64,000 nucleotides of DNA from Desulfuromonadales bacterium (GTDB taxonomy: Bacteria > Desulfobacterota > Desulfuromonadia > Desulfuromonadales > JACZKF01): positions 50,880 through 114,879 of the forward strand of contig JARFUG010000002.1 in the NCBI GenBank assembly GCA_029289095.1. Reading direction: 5' to 3'. How positions within the stretch are numbered: the first letter of the stretch is position 1; each line of letters opens with the position of its first letter. The position numbers were made by a program, and so were the translations under genes. Below are positions 47,325 to 55,274 of the stretch, piece by piece. Under the pieces are notes generated by a model. That model was given only the letters and a program-made list of their open reading frames with translations. It was not told the origin of the DNA and made no database searches.

Positions 47325-47597
47325 TCAGGCGACGTTCATTCGATTGAGATAACGGGGGCGCTCGGCCAGCAGGCTCTTGATTTCCCGCACTTCAGGAATG
47401 CGTCCGGCCACCCGCACCTGATCGTCGATGAGAACGGCGGGAGAGACATAGACCCGGTAGTCGATCATCTTGCGCCGATCCCGGAACATATGCACCTCGG
47501 CCTCTACGCCCATCTCCTGCAGCGCTTCGCGCACGTTTTCGAGCGTCTTTTCACAGCGCCGGCTGCTTTCAGGTTTGCAGAGAATGTCGATCCGCAT
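47325..47597 (-). CDS. Small thioredoxin-fold protein (Thioredoxin_3-like) lacking a CxxC motif
   Basis: ORF trimmed to MRIDILCKPESSRRCEKTLENV... at 47597, with GAGAGG upstream. The layout matches small archaeal/bacterial Trx-like proteins, but the usual CxxC is replaced by C-x7-C. Confidence 0.55.
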   Translation of the reverse strand: MRIDILCKPESSRRCEKTLENVREALQEMGVEAEVHMFRDRRKMIDYRVYVSPAVLIDDQVRVAGRIPEVREIKSLLAERPRYLNRMNVA

Positions 47598-47728
47598 GAT
47601 AACCTCTCTTTCAACGGGAAAGGTTTTCGTTAAGATCCGAAAAAGGATCACTTTTATCCCATTATATAGAATTCTCCCTGCCTGACAATCTTTTTCGAGA
47701 ACCGCCCTGGGCCTCGAATAAGAAGAAC

Positions 47729-47757
47729 TTGTCAGCAGATGGGGAGGGTATTAGAAT
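47729..47757 (+). promoter_or_regulatory. Sigma-70 promoter candidate for the Zn-ADH pair
   Basis: TTGTCA-N17-TAGAAT, about 34 nt upstream of GTG 47791. Confidence 0.5.
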
Positions 47758-47790
47758 GGCTGCCATTTCATTTTGTGAGGTATTGTTGAC

Positions 47791-48825
47791 GTGAAAGGCC
47801 ACCTTCTGACGGCGCCCGGCCGCACCGAATTCCGAGAGATTCTCTCCCCATCGCCAGCTCCGGGTGAAATCGTCGTCGATATCGCCGCCGCCCTGACCTG
47901 CGGAACGGACTTGAAGGCATGGCGCAGGGGACACCCCAAGATCCCCTTCCCCTCTCCCTTCGGCCACGAGTTTTCAGGCATCGTCTTCGCGGCGGGCGAG
48001 GGCGCCCCTTTCGCCCCGGGAGAGGCGGTCATGGCGGTCCATTCCGCCCCCTGCGGAGAGTGCTTCTACTGCGTCGCCGGCCAGGAGAATCTCTGCGAAT
48101 CGATCATGGATACCAAAGTCCTCGGGGCCTTCGCCGAGCAGATCCTCCTTCCGGCCCACATCGTCGCCCGCAACGTCTTCTCCAAGCCCGATCACCTCAG
48201 CTTCGAGGAGGCGGCTTTTCTGGAGCCTCTCTCCTGCGTCGTCTACGGCCACCGCCTCCAGCCGATCCGCCCGGGCGAAACGGTGCTGATCATCGGTTGC
48301 GGTCCCATCGGCCTTCTCTTTCTCCTTCTGGCGCGAGCCAAAGGGGCCGGCCGGATCATCGTCACCGGACGCCGTCCGGTTCGCCTCGAACTCGCCCGCG
48401 CCCTCGGCGCCGACGTGGTGGTCGACGTTTCGCACGACGATGCGCTCCCCCTGATCCGCGAGCTGACCGGGGGACGCGGCGCCGATCAGGTGATCGAATG
48501 CACGGGGCTGCCGGAGGTCTGGGAGGCGACGCCGGGCATGGTCCGCAAGGGGGGACGCATCCTCCTTTTCGGAGGGTGCCCGGCGGGGACGCAGGTTGCC
48601 TTTGACACCTACCGTCTCCACTACGACGAGATCACGCTTCAGGGGGCCTTTCACTTCACCCCGGCAGCGGTCGCCGAGGCGCGCCGGCTCCTCGTCGACG
48701 GCGCCATCGACGTCTCTCCCCTCATTTCCGGCCGATTCCCCCTGCCGGATGTCGAGAAAGCGCTTCGCTGTTTGCAGCGCGGAGAAGGGATCAAGTACGC
48801 CATCGTCCCGGGGGAGATGGAATGA
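47791..48825 (+). CDS. Zinc-dependent alcohol/polyol dehydrogenase (MDR family)
   Basis: It has a GTG start. The motifs are GHEFSGIV, the structural-Zn Cys cluster CGECFYCVAGQENLC and the Rossmann motif GCGPIG. Confidence 0.85.
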   Translation: MKGHLLTAPGRTEFREILSPSPAPGEIVVDIAAALTCGTDLKAWRRGHPKIPFPSPFGHEFSGIVFAAGEGAPFAPGEAVMAVHSAPCGECFYCVAGQENLCESIMDTKVLGAFAEQILLPAHIVARNVFSKPDHLSFEEAAFLEPLSCVVYGHRLQPIRPGETVLIIGCGPIGLLFLLLARAKGAGRIIVTGRRPVRLELARALGADVVVDVSHDDALPLIRELTGGRGADQVIECTGLPEVWEATPGMVRKGGRILLFGGCPAGTQVAFDTYRLHYDEITLQGAFHFTPAAVAEARRLLVDGAIDVSPLISGRFPLPDVEKALRCLQRGEGIKYAIVPGEME

Positions 48826-49874
48826 AGGTAATTCCCAAAACGATGAGGGCCGCGGTCGTTCACGACTTCGGCGACGTGCGCATCGAAGAGCGCCCCGTCC
48901 CGTCCATCGGTCCGAGGGAGATCCTTGTCAAAACGGCGGCGTGCGGCGTCTGCTCCGGCGACGTCATGGACTGGTACATCCGCGCCAAGGCCCCCCTGGT
49001 GCTGGGACACGAGCCGGCCGGCGTCGTGGCGGCGGTCGGAAGCGAGGTGAACGCCTTCGCTCCCGGCGACCGGGTCTTCATGCACCATCACGCCCCCTGC
49101 TTCGTCTGCGAGCGATGCCGCCGCGGGCTCTACTCCCTTTGCCCCGTCTGGAAGAAGAGTCGCCTCGATCCCGGCGGGATGGCCGAGTACGTGCGGGTTC
49201 CCGAGGAGAACCTCGCTGACACCCTGAAGATCCCCCAGGGGGTCGATTTCGAGGCCGGCTCCCTGGTTGAGCCGGCCGCCTGCGCCGTCAAGGGGGTCCG
49301 CAAGTGCAGCCTGCAGCCAGGGGAGACGGTCCTCGTGACAGGGCTGGGGGTCATGGGGATGCTCAACATCATGACGGCCCGCGCCTTCGGCGCCGCCCGG
49401 GTGATCGGCGCCGACCTCAACGCCTGGCGCCTGGCGAAGGCGCTCGAGTTCGGAGCCGAGGCCGTTATCGACGTCTCGAAGCAAGACCTGGCGGCGCGCA
49501 CCCGCGAACTGACCGGAGGCGAAGGGGCGCACCGCGTCATCATCGGCCCAGGCACCCCCCAGGCGATGCTCGACGGCATCCGCGCCTGCGCCCCTGGCGG
49601 GACGGTCCTCTTCTTCACCCCCGCCCCCCCGGGGCGCCTTCTCGAGGTGGAGCAGCATTACCTCTATTTCAACGAGATCACTCTGGCCAGCTCCTACTCG
49701 TGCGGCCCGTATGACACCCGCGACGCTCTCGATCTGATTTCCCGCGGAGTGATCCGGGCCAAGGATCTGGTGACCCACCGCTTCCCTCTCGAGGGCGCCG
49801 GTGAAGCCTTCCGAATCACCGCCGAAGGAGGTGAGTCGCTCAAAGCGCTGGTGGTGCTGGATGAAGAAGAATGA
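48822..49874 (+). CDS. Zinc-dependent alcohol/polyol dehydrogenase (MDR family), second paralogue
   Basis: It overlaps the upstream gene with ATGA. The motifs are GHEPAGVV, CFVCERCRRGLYSLC and GLGVMG. Confidence 0.85.
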   Translation: MKVIPKTMRAAVVHDFGDVRIEERPVPSIGPREILVKTAACGVCSGDVMDWYIRAKAPLVLGHEPAGVVAAVGSEVNAFAPGDRVFMHHHAPCFVCERCRRGLYSLCPVWKKSRLDPGGMAEYVRVPEENLADTLKIPQGVDFEAGSLVEPAACAVKGVRKCSLQPGETVLVTGLGVMGMLNIMTARAFGAARVIGADLNAWRLAKALEFGAEAVIDVSKQDLAARTRELTGGEGAHRVIIGPGTPQAMLDGIRACAPGGTVLFFTPAPPGRLLEVEQHYLYFNEITLASSYSCGPYDTRDALDLISRGVIRAKDLVTHRFPLEGAGEAFRITAEGGESLKALVVLDEEE

Positions 49875-49876
49875 AA

Positions 49877-49969
49877 CTCCCCCTCCTGGATCAGGAGGGG
49901 GTTGGGGGGTGGTAGAGATCGGGAGCAGACCTTACCACCCCCAGCCCCTTCTAAAATAGGAGGGGAAAA
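49877..49969 (+). repeat. REP-like three-hairpin element, copy C
   Basis: It starts 3 nt after the ADH stop and has the same H1, H2 and H3. The H2 loop differs from the other copies. The H3 left arm is CCCCTTCT, which gives a U-G wobble on the plus-strand RNA only. Confidence 0.9.
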
Positions 49970-50010
49970 TCGCCGTTGATCTCAAACCTTCAACTACAGG
50001 GATCAGGTCC

Positions 50011-50568
50011 ATGAAAGAGAAAACCCTACCCCCCCTTTCCTGCGACTGGATCCCCGGCGACGGGCGTGAACAGACGAGCGGCGTGAGCTGCGACTGGGCG
50101 CAGGCCGGTCCCGCGGCGGCGCAGGAGAACACGAGCCGCCTTCACCGTTTCGCCGAGTCCGGCTGGGAGGGGATCGAGGCCGAGCGCTACAAGGCCGAAG
50201 ACGGCGGCTGGGCCGCCATCGCCCGCCATGTCCTGGTCGGCGGGCGGGGCGAGAGCGCCCGCTTCGACCTGCGCTATTTCGAAATCGCTCCCGGAGGCCA
50301 TTCCTCCCTGGAGAAACATGTCCACGAACACGTCGTCGTCTGCATCCGCGGGAAGGGTGAAATTCTCCTGGCAGGCGAAGTTCGCGAGATGAACTTTCTC
50401 GACACCGCCTACATCGCTCCCGACGACCCCCATCAGCTCATCAACCCTTTTGAGGAGCCCTTCGGCTTTTTCTGCATCGTCGACCACGACCGTGATCGTC
50501 CGCGTGGACTCGATGAAGACGACCTGCGTTCATTCTCGGCAGAGGCAGCCGCAAAAATACGCCGCTAA
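50011..50568 (+). CDS. Cupin domain protein
   Basis: 185 aa with a cupin motif region, GGHSSLEKHVHEHVVVCIRGKG...DPHQLIN. The RBS is weak, so the start is uncertain. Confidence 0.65.
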   Translation: MKEKTLPPLSCDWIPGDGREQTSGVSCDWAQAGPAAAQENTSRLHRFAESGWEGIEAERYKAEDGGWAAIARHVLVGGRGESARFDLRYFEIAPGGHSSLEKHVHEHVVVCIRGKGEILLAGEVREMNFLDTAYIAPDDPHQLINPFEEPFGFFCIVDHDRDRPRGLDEDDLRSFSAEAAAKIRR

Positions 50569-50602
50569 TCGCTGCTCCCATCAGGAAATAATGCATTAGG
50601 GG

Positions 50603-50631
50603 TTGACCTAAGTTTAAAATTAACTTATCTT
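50603..50631 (+). promoter_or_regulatory. Sigma-70 promoter candidate driving the riboswitch leader
   Basis: TTGACC-N17-TATCTT in an AT-rich patch. The implied transcription start is near 50638. Confidence 0.5.
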
Positions 50632-50650
50632 TAGTTTCAAATTAATTCTG

Positions 50651-50736
50651 CTTCTCCGATAAGAGCAAAACCGGAGCAATCCGGTGACGCAGAACCACGG
50701 GTCCCACGCGGACAGCCGAGTCGCCGAAGAGAGGAT
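50651..50736 (+). ncRNA. GEMM-I-like cyclic-dinucleotide riboswitch aptamer (c-di-GMP-I family; c-di-GMP versus 3',3'-cGAMP selectivity unresolved)
   Basis: The sequence GAGCAAAACC-GGAGCAAUCCGG-UGACGCAGAACC-ACGGGUCCCACGCGGACAGCCGAGUCGCC matches the remembered GEMM-I pattern: GCAAACC, then hairpin 1, then GACGCAAAGCC, then hairpin 2, then CAGCCGGGUUACC. An intrinsic terminator follows. Confidence 0.7.
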
Positions 50737-50765
50737 CCAGCTTTCACCACAAGAAAAGCTGAAGG

Positions 50766-50795
50766 CCCATCTTCGCCCTTGAAGATGGGTTTTTT
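50766..50795 (+). terminator. Intrinsic terminator (riboswitch expression platform)
   Basis: CCCATCTTC-gccct(t)-GAAGATGGG followed by TTTTTT, about 78 nt before the LuxR-family gene ATG. Confidence 0.85.
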
Positions 50796-50872
50796 CGTTT
50801 CTTCATGAACGGCGCACGTGAAACAGACCTCTTGCTACGATTTCACCAGCCGTGTTCTCTGGAGGGGAAACG

Positions 50873-51511
50873 ATGAAGATCACTCTGGTACTTGCGGACG
50901 GACACCCGCTCTTTCTCGACGGGCTCGAACGCTTCTGCGCGCAGCAGGAGGATTTCGAAGCGGTGGCGCGCTGCCTCACCGGCGAAGAAACGCTTCAGGC
51001 CATTCTTCGCCACGGCCCCGACATTCTCGTCCTCGACAACGCCTTGGGGGGTATGAAGGGATTTGAGCTTCTCAAAAGGCTTCGTCACTCAGAGGTGCCG
51101 ACGCGGGCGATTCTTCTCACAGACGTTCTCGACGATGAAACGGCGATGGAGGCGATCCGCCTGGGCGTGCGCGGAGCGGTGCTGAAAAATATGCCTCCAG
51201 AGCGCCTCGCCCAGTGCATCCGTAAGGTGCATTCGGGGGGAAAATGGCTGGAGCTTGACTCACTCAGCCGCGCTGTCGAGAAGCTGCTGCACCGCGAAGC
51301 CGGAGTCCGTCGCATCTCCACCATCCTCACTCCCCGGGAGATCGAGATCGTGCGCCTCGTCGCCAGGGGGATGAGCAACCGCGAGATCGGCGCCAATCTT
51401 CTGATCACCGAGGGGACGGTGAAGATCCACCTGCACAACATCTACAAAAAGCTCGGCATCGACAACCGGGTCGACCTGACGCTGTACGCCCAGAAGAAGG
51501 GGGTCGCCTAA
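50873..51511 (+). CDS. LuxR/NarL-family two-component response regulator
   Basis: ORF trimmed to MKITLVLADGHPLF at 50873, with GGAGGGG upstream. It has a REC domain and a C-terminal HTH, LTPREIEIVRLVARGMSNREIGANLLITEGTVKIHLHNIYKKLG. Confidence 0.9.
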   Translation: MKITLVLADGHPLFLDGLERFCAQQEDFEAVARCLTGEETLQAILRHGPDILVLDNALGGMKGFELLKRLRHSEVPTRAILLTDVLDDETAMEAIRLGVRGAVLKNMPPERLAQCIRKVHSGGKWLELDSLSRAVEKLLHREAGVRRISTILTPREIEIVRLVARGMSNREIGANLLITEGTVKIHLHNIYKKLGIDNRVDLTLYAQKKGVA

Positions 51512-51519
51512 AATCGCCT

Positions 51520-51586
51520 GAGAGACGAAGAGGCCCTCGCGGGCCCCTTCGTCTCTCAGTAAGCAGTCCCCCTTTTATAAAGGGGG
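51520..51586. terminator. Two stem-loops between convergent transcription units
   Basis: The first is GAGAGACGAAGAGGCCC-tcgc-GGGCCCCTTCGTCTCTC, a 17-bp stem with 1 mismatch. The second is CCCCCTTT-tat-AAAGGGGG. Confidence 0.65.
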
Positions 51587-51613
51587 CCAGGGGGGATTTC
51601 CTTAGTCAGCGAA

Positions 51614-51790
51614 TCAGTACGATTCGCTCCAGATCCCCACCTTCATTTCGCCGTGGTTCACATACAGGGTGTCGCGGACATGCTCCAGCTCGGTCCGGGT
51701 CACCCGCCCATAGGCGCCTTCGTACCCCTGGCACGGATCGCCGACGGAGGGGATGCTCCCCTCGACTCTCTCCTCTCCCTTGAACCCCAT
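51614..51790 (-). CDS. Possible small protein (58 aa), unknown function
   Basis: This is the C-terminal part of ORF 51614..51925 from the internal ATG 51790: MGFKGEERVEGSIPSVGDPCQGYEGAYGRVTRTELEHVRDTLYVNHGEMKVGIWSESY. It has GC3-rich codons, unlike the Arg-rich upstream part. I see no clear RBS. Confidence 0.3.
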   Translation of the reverse strand: MGFKGEERVEGSIPSVGDPCQGYEGAYGRVTRTELEHVRDTLYVNHGEMKVGIWSESY

Positions 51791-51867
51791 GAGATCATAT
51801 GCGTAGATCTGTCTTCGCCTCTCGCGCCCCTCTTCGAACTTGGTACGCTGACGACACCGAGGGTGAC

Positions 51868-51910
51868 AGAGGGGGAGACCGTGGACGTCAACTCCACGGT
51901 CTCCCCCTCT
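51868..51910. other. 18-bp perfect stem-loop directly 3' of the lipoprotein gene
   Basis: AGAGGGGGAGACCGTGGA-cgtcaac-TCCACGGTCTCCCCCTCT, 11 nt after the stop at 51922. There is no U-tract. Confidence 0.7.
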
Positions 51911-51921
51911 TCGGTACTCCC

Positions 51922-52845
51922 TCAAGGAATCACTGGGTCGGCCGGGGTCCCGCTGAGCGGACAGCCGAGTTCGTTGGCTTCTTCGAACTCATCTTTGGTT
52001 GCTTCTATAGTGCCGTTCGCAACGGCACCCTGCACCATCTGAATAACCTCATCCACCGTATAGGGATAGTTGACAAATTGTCCGTTAGACCCGTCCAGCT
52101 TTGCGTAGGCGTTCAAGAGTGCGGCCGTGGCATGGCGAGCAAGTGCGTCGACGCCGCCCCCCCCGAGCCAAATAGCCTGTCCCAAAGTGATATTCGGATT
52201 GAAAAGGTCTACGTCAAAAGTTGCATCGAAGTCATCGCCGGGATCCACACCGACCCAGCGGTCGGCATGATTTCTCCAGTACCCCGGCGTGCAGCCCTGG
52301 TCACCTTCGGGGACATCGGGCATGTAACAGACGTTGTAATGGCTGATCGTGGGAATATTTCCCCCTTTGTTCGTAGGGGAGAAAAGGGCCTTGTCCCAAT
52401 CAAAACCGGTTCCGACATAGTCGAAGACATAGAAATTAGGGCCACCCTTCACGATGACGGCAAGTACTGTAGAATTGGCGCTTTCCCAATCCAGATACTT
52501 ACCATCGCTGGAGAGAGTAAATGAAACATAGGCATTGCTGAAGTTTGCTGGAGGATCGATTTTGAAGCCGCGCATCTCTTCGGTGACTTCTCCGATGATC
52601 TCCAGCGCCTCCATGTCGTAACAGACCTGGTCGTCATCGGAGGAGACGAAATTGCCCGAATAAGCTGTCGGTAAAATGCCCCGCTCTGTCGCCATAGTCG
52701 AGACCCCCGATGGTCCCTTTGCAGACTGCACCGAGATCTCGGCAGTCGGCTCACTGCCCGATCCGCCCCCACAGCCGGCGATGAAGGATGACACCCCCAG
52801 AGCGAGGATGGCTGACAGTGCGATGAACGTCTTCTGTCGTGTCAT
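51922..52845 (-). CDS. Secreted lipoprotein of unknown function
   Basis: 307 aa with the lipobox FIAGC followed by GGGSGS. The Cys-containing motif is CTPGYWRNHADRW. The C-terminal part is helical and ends ELGCPL. GGGAG lies 7 nt upstream of the ATG. The gene sits in lower-GC surroundings. Confidence 0.7.
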   Translation of the reverse strand: MTRQKTFIALSAILALGVSSFIAGCGGGSGSEPTAEISVQSAKGPSGVSTMATERGILPTAYSGNFVSSDDDQVCYDMEALEIIGEVTEEMRGFKIDPPANFSNAYVSFTLSSDGKYLDWESANSTVLAVIVKGGPNFYVFDYVGTGFDWDKALFSPTNKGGNIPTISHYNVCYMPDVPEGDQGCTPGYWRNHADRWVGVDPGDDFDATFDVDLFNPNITLGQAIWLGGGGVDALARHATAALLNAYAKLDGSNGQFVNYPYTVDEVIQMVQGAVANGTIEATKDEFEEANELGCPLSGTPADPVIP

Positions 52846-53184
52846 GGCATATCTCCCGTGTGTGTTGTCTCTTACGTTCGACGATCTGCCGCTCTCGAGA
52901 AACTACAATGTCCATTCGCACCTCCTTCTCCGGCCTTGCGCCGGCGATTTGAATACCCCTTTTTGGTAGGCAGGGGTGGAGCCCTAGAGGTACACCTGAC
53001 ATCATCCCCAAATCATCACAAGAACCATACCTCTGTAAGATTCAATTACATCCTTTATTTCGGAAGGCAAGGTTTGATTAAGATATAGAATTATATATCC
53101 ATGGAGATATACGGGGATAAGCCTGGATGGTGCTCCTTTTCGGAGCTTGAAGCGGAGAAGACCGGGAGGGATGAAGAATTGTAT

Positions 53185-53226
53185 TTAAGAAGAGCAGAAG
53201 GCCGCCCCTGCGGGAGCGGCCTTCTG
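53185..53226 (-). terminator. Terminator downstream of the FN3/Ig-like protein gene
   Basis: CAGAAGGCCGC-10nt-GCGGCCTTCTG, followed on the minus strand by CUCUUCUUAAAU. Confidence 0.6.
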
Positions 53227-53240
53227 CAGGGCATTGGTTA

Positions 53241-54017
53241 TTATTTTTTTCGTTGGTCGTGTGGGACGATTACCGGAACAGTAGCCACTCCACCGTCTTG
53301 GGTTTCGATCTTGATCGTATACAGCCGGCCATCCAAGTCATCGCCACGGCGCGACGCCTCCAGATAGACTTGGAAATTGAAAGTTCCCGACGTCAGGCCG
53401 ATCTCGATCGGATCATTGGTTGAGAGTTCACCGTACTCGTCCACGATAGAGTAACTGGTTCCAGGCAACGTGCAGTTGTCCTGCAGAATGATGCTGCCCG
53501 AAACTGTGATTTCCGCCATCTTTCCATTGGGGGGCCAGAGGGAAGATGGTGACGCAGACACCTCTACGGTCGGAGCTCCAGCACAAGCAGCAGCCCAAAT
53601 TACTTCAGCTATGGCAATATCTGAAAACTCACTCAGATTGTTGTTGATCGGCGGTGCGTTGCACCTTGCCTGAAGTTTATAGGTATAGACATCATTCGCG
53701 AGAGCTTCATCAAAATACTCAATGGAGCCCGCTGTTACCGAGCTGATCTGATCGTATGCATCGCCGCCGCTGGCCTTGCGGTAAATACGAATTTCCCTGC
53801 CGTGTGTGCAATTTGCCGGGAAATTCGAGGCCGGATATGCATCCCAGACAAGTAGAACATCCGAGCCGAAATCGGTCGCTTCAAGGCCGGTTGGCGCCGC
53901 ATAGCCACTGAGAGAGCCATGATCCGGTTGGGCGGCATGGGCTGGCATTCCAAAACTCGTTGCAAAGAAAACTGCAAAGAACGATAGTGCAACAAAAACT
54001 TTGTACCTTTTCATCAC
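53241..54017 (-). CDS. Secreted two-domain beta-sandwich protein (FN3-like N-domain, Ig-like C-domain)
   Basis: 258 aa with a signal peptide ending PAHA-AQ. The N-domain has LLVWDAYP...YTYKLQARC. The C-domain has SLWPPNGKMAEITVSG...GRLYTIKIETQDGGV, a motif I recall from bacterial surface Ig-like domains. Confidence 0.65.
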   Translation of the reverse strand: MMKRYKVFVALSFFAVFFATSFGMPAHAAQPDHGSLSGYAAPTGLEATDFGSDVLLVWDAYPASNFPANCTHGREIRIYRKASGGDAYDQISSVTAGSIEYFDEALANDVYTYKLQARCNAPPINNNLSEFSDIAIAEVIWAAACAGAPTVEVSASPSSLWPPNGKMAEITVSGSIILQDNCTLPGTSYSIVDEYGELSTNDPIEIGLTSGTFNFQVYLEASRRGDDLDGRLYTIKIETQDGGVATVPVIVPHDQRKK

Positions 54018-54197
54018 TTACCTCCTTATGCCGCGATTCAAGTGATTGGACAATTTACCCAAGACACCTATTCTTAGCCGGGCCCCAAAGCAAAATTAAG
54101 TTTCAGTCCACTTCAGACCAGAGTATGCAAAATTGTACCAACCATAAATGCAAATTAGAATGTTTTTAAGGATATATATTCCTACTCCTTTAGATAT

Positions 54198-54230
54198 AAA
54201 AAAAGGCCGCCCGATTGCCCGGACGGCCCC
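54198..54230 (-). terminator. Terminator downstream of the MshEN-REC gene
   Basis: The minus strand has an imperfect stem GGCCGTCCGGGCAATCGGGCGGCC followed by TTTTTTT. Confidence 0.6.
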
Positions 54231-54257
54231 TTAGGGTTTGAAATGTAAGAGCGTCGA

Positions 54258-55136
54258 TCAGTAATACACCTTCTGGTTCCCCTTCTTCTCGTAGACGAAC
54301 CGCAGCGTCCGCTTCACCCGCGCCACAAGTCTCACCTGGTTGATCGGCTTGGGAATGAAATCGAAATAGCCCATATCGAGGGCCCTGGCTTCGTCTTCGG
54401 GAGTCGATTTGGCGGAAAAGGCGATGACCGGAATGTCGCACGTCGCCGGATTACCCCTGAGATTGCGCAACATCTGGTGCCCGTCCATCTGGGGCATGAG
54501 GATGTCGGCGACGATGAGGTGGGGAAGCGTCTTCAGGGCGACCTTCAGCCCCTCGGTCCCGTTGATCGCTTCGGTCACATCGCAGTCTTCACGGCGCAGA
54601 GCCGCGGCGACGGCGGCCCGCACCAATTCGTGATCGTCGACGACCAGCACCGACCATCGACCCCCTCCGAGGAGTTTCTCCTGCAGATGCTCTTCGCCCA
54701 GATAGTGCTGCCTGACCGCCTCCTGAATCTCGAAAGAGGTGGTGACGCAGGGCACGATGCGCAAACCCGTCCGAAAGGAGATGCTGTCGAGGGCGCCGAT
54801 GTCGAGCGGATTCACCATGGCGAGGTAAAGGGTCTTTTCCTCCATCTTGAGGGGAAAAATGGACTTCTTGAGCGCTTCGGTCTCGGGGATGAGTTTGAGA
54901 AGATCCTTCGAGAAGGAATGGCGCGCGATACCGCTGACGGTCCGGTAGCCGAACTGCCGCGAGAGGGCGACCGCGATATCCTTCTGTGAGACGATCCCCA
55001 TCTCTTCAAGGACTTCGCCGAGCGCCTTTCCCGGCTCCTCCTTCTGGGTCAGCAGAGCTTTGTTCAACGACTCTTCGTCGATCACTCCGGCATCGATCAG
55101 AATTTCACCGAATCTCTTGCGCCTGGTCATATTCAT
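54258..55136 (-). CDS. MshEN (GspE/T2SSE N-terminal, c-di-GMP-binding type) domain fused to a response-regulator receiver
   Basis: 292 aa. The N-terminus has RFGEILIDAGVIDEESLNKALLTQ and ALGEVLEEMGIVSQKDIAVALSRQ. Both fit the tandem 24-residue MshEN motif RLGxx(LVI)(LVI)xxG(LVI)(LVI)xxxxLxxxLxxQ. The C-terminal REC has VLVVDDHE, ADILMPQMDG and IAFSAK. Confidence 0.8.
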   Translation of the reverse strand: MNMTRRKRFGEILIDAGVIDEESLNKALLTQKEEPGKALGEVLEEMGIVSQKDIAVALSRQFGYRTVSGIARHSFSKDLLKLIPETEALKKSIFPLKMEEKTLYLAMVNPLDIGALDSISFRTGLRIVPCVTTSFEIQEAVRQHYLGEEHLQEKLLGGGRWSVLVVDDHELVRAAVAAALRREDCDVTEAINGTEGLKVALKTLPHLIVADILMPQMDGHQMLRNLRGNPATCDIPVIAFSAKSTPEDEARALDMGYFDFIPKPINQVRLVARVKRTLRFVYEKKGNQKVYY

Positions 55137-55274
55137 TCATCCATTCAAGTGAATTGAGACCCTCCATCGGCGCTCTCCGCTCTATCAGCCGAAGCCCTGC
55201 GCCTTATCTTCATCGTCTTATTATTCGGGAAATGGCGCGGAAAAGCGAGAAAAAACCTTCGTCTCGTCTTCGTC

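Noticed and set aside
52751-52915. A 54-codon ORF (MDIVVSRERQ...) with a strong GGAGGTG Shine-Dalgarno sequence, overlapping the start of the lipoprotein gene out of frame.
   Set aside because: The product is Arg/His-rich and runs through the lipoprotein signal-peptide codons in another frame. The lipoprotein has its own GGGAG RBS. I kept it only as a note that the SD-like sequence could matter for the 5' UTR.
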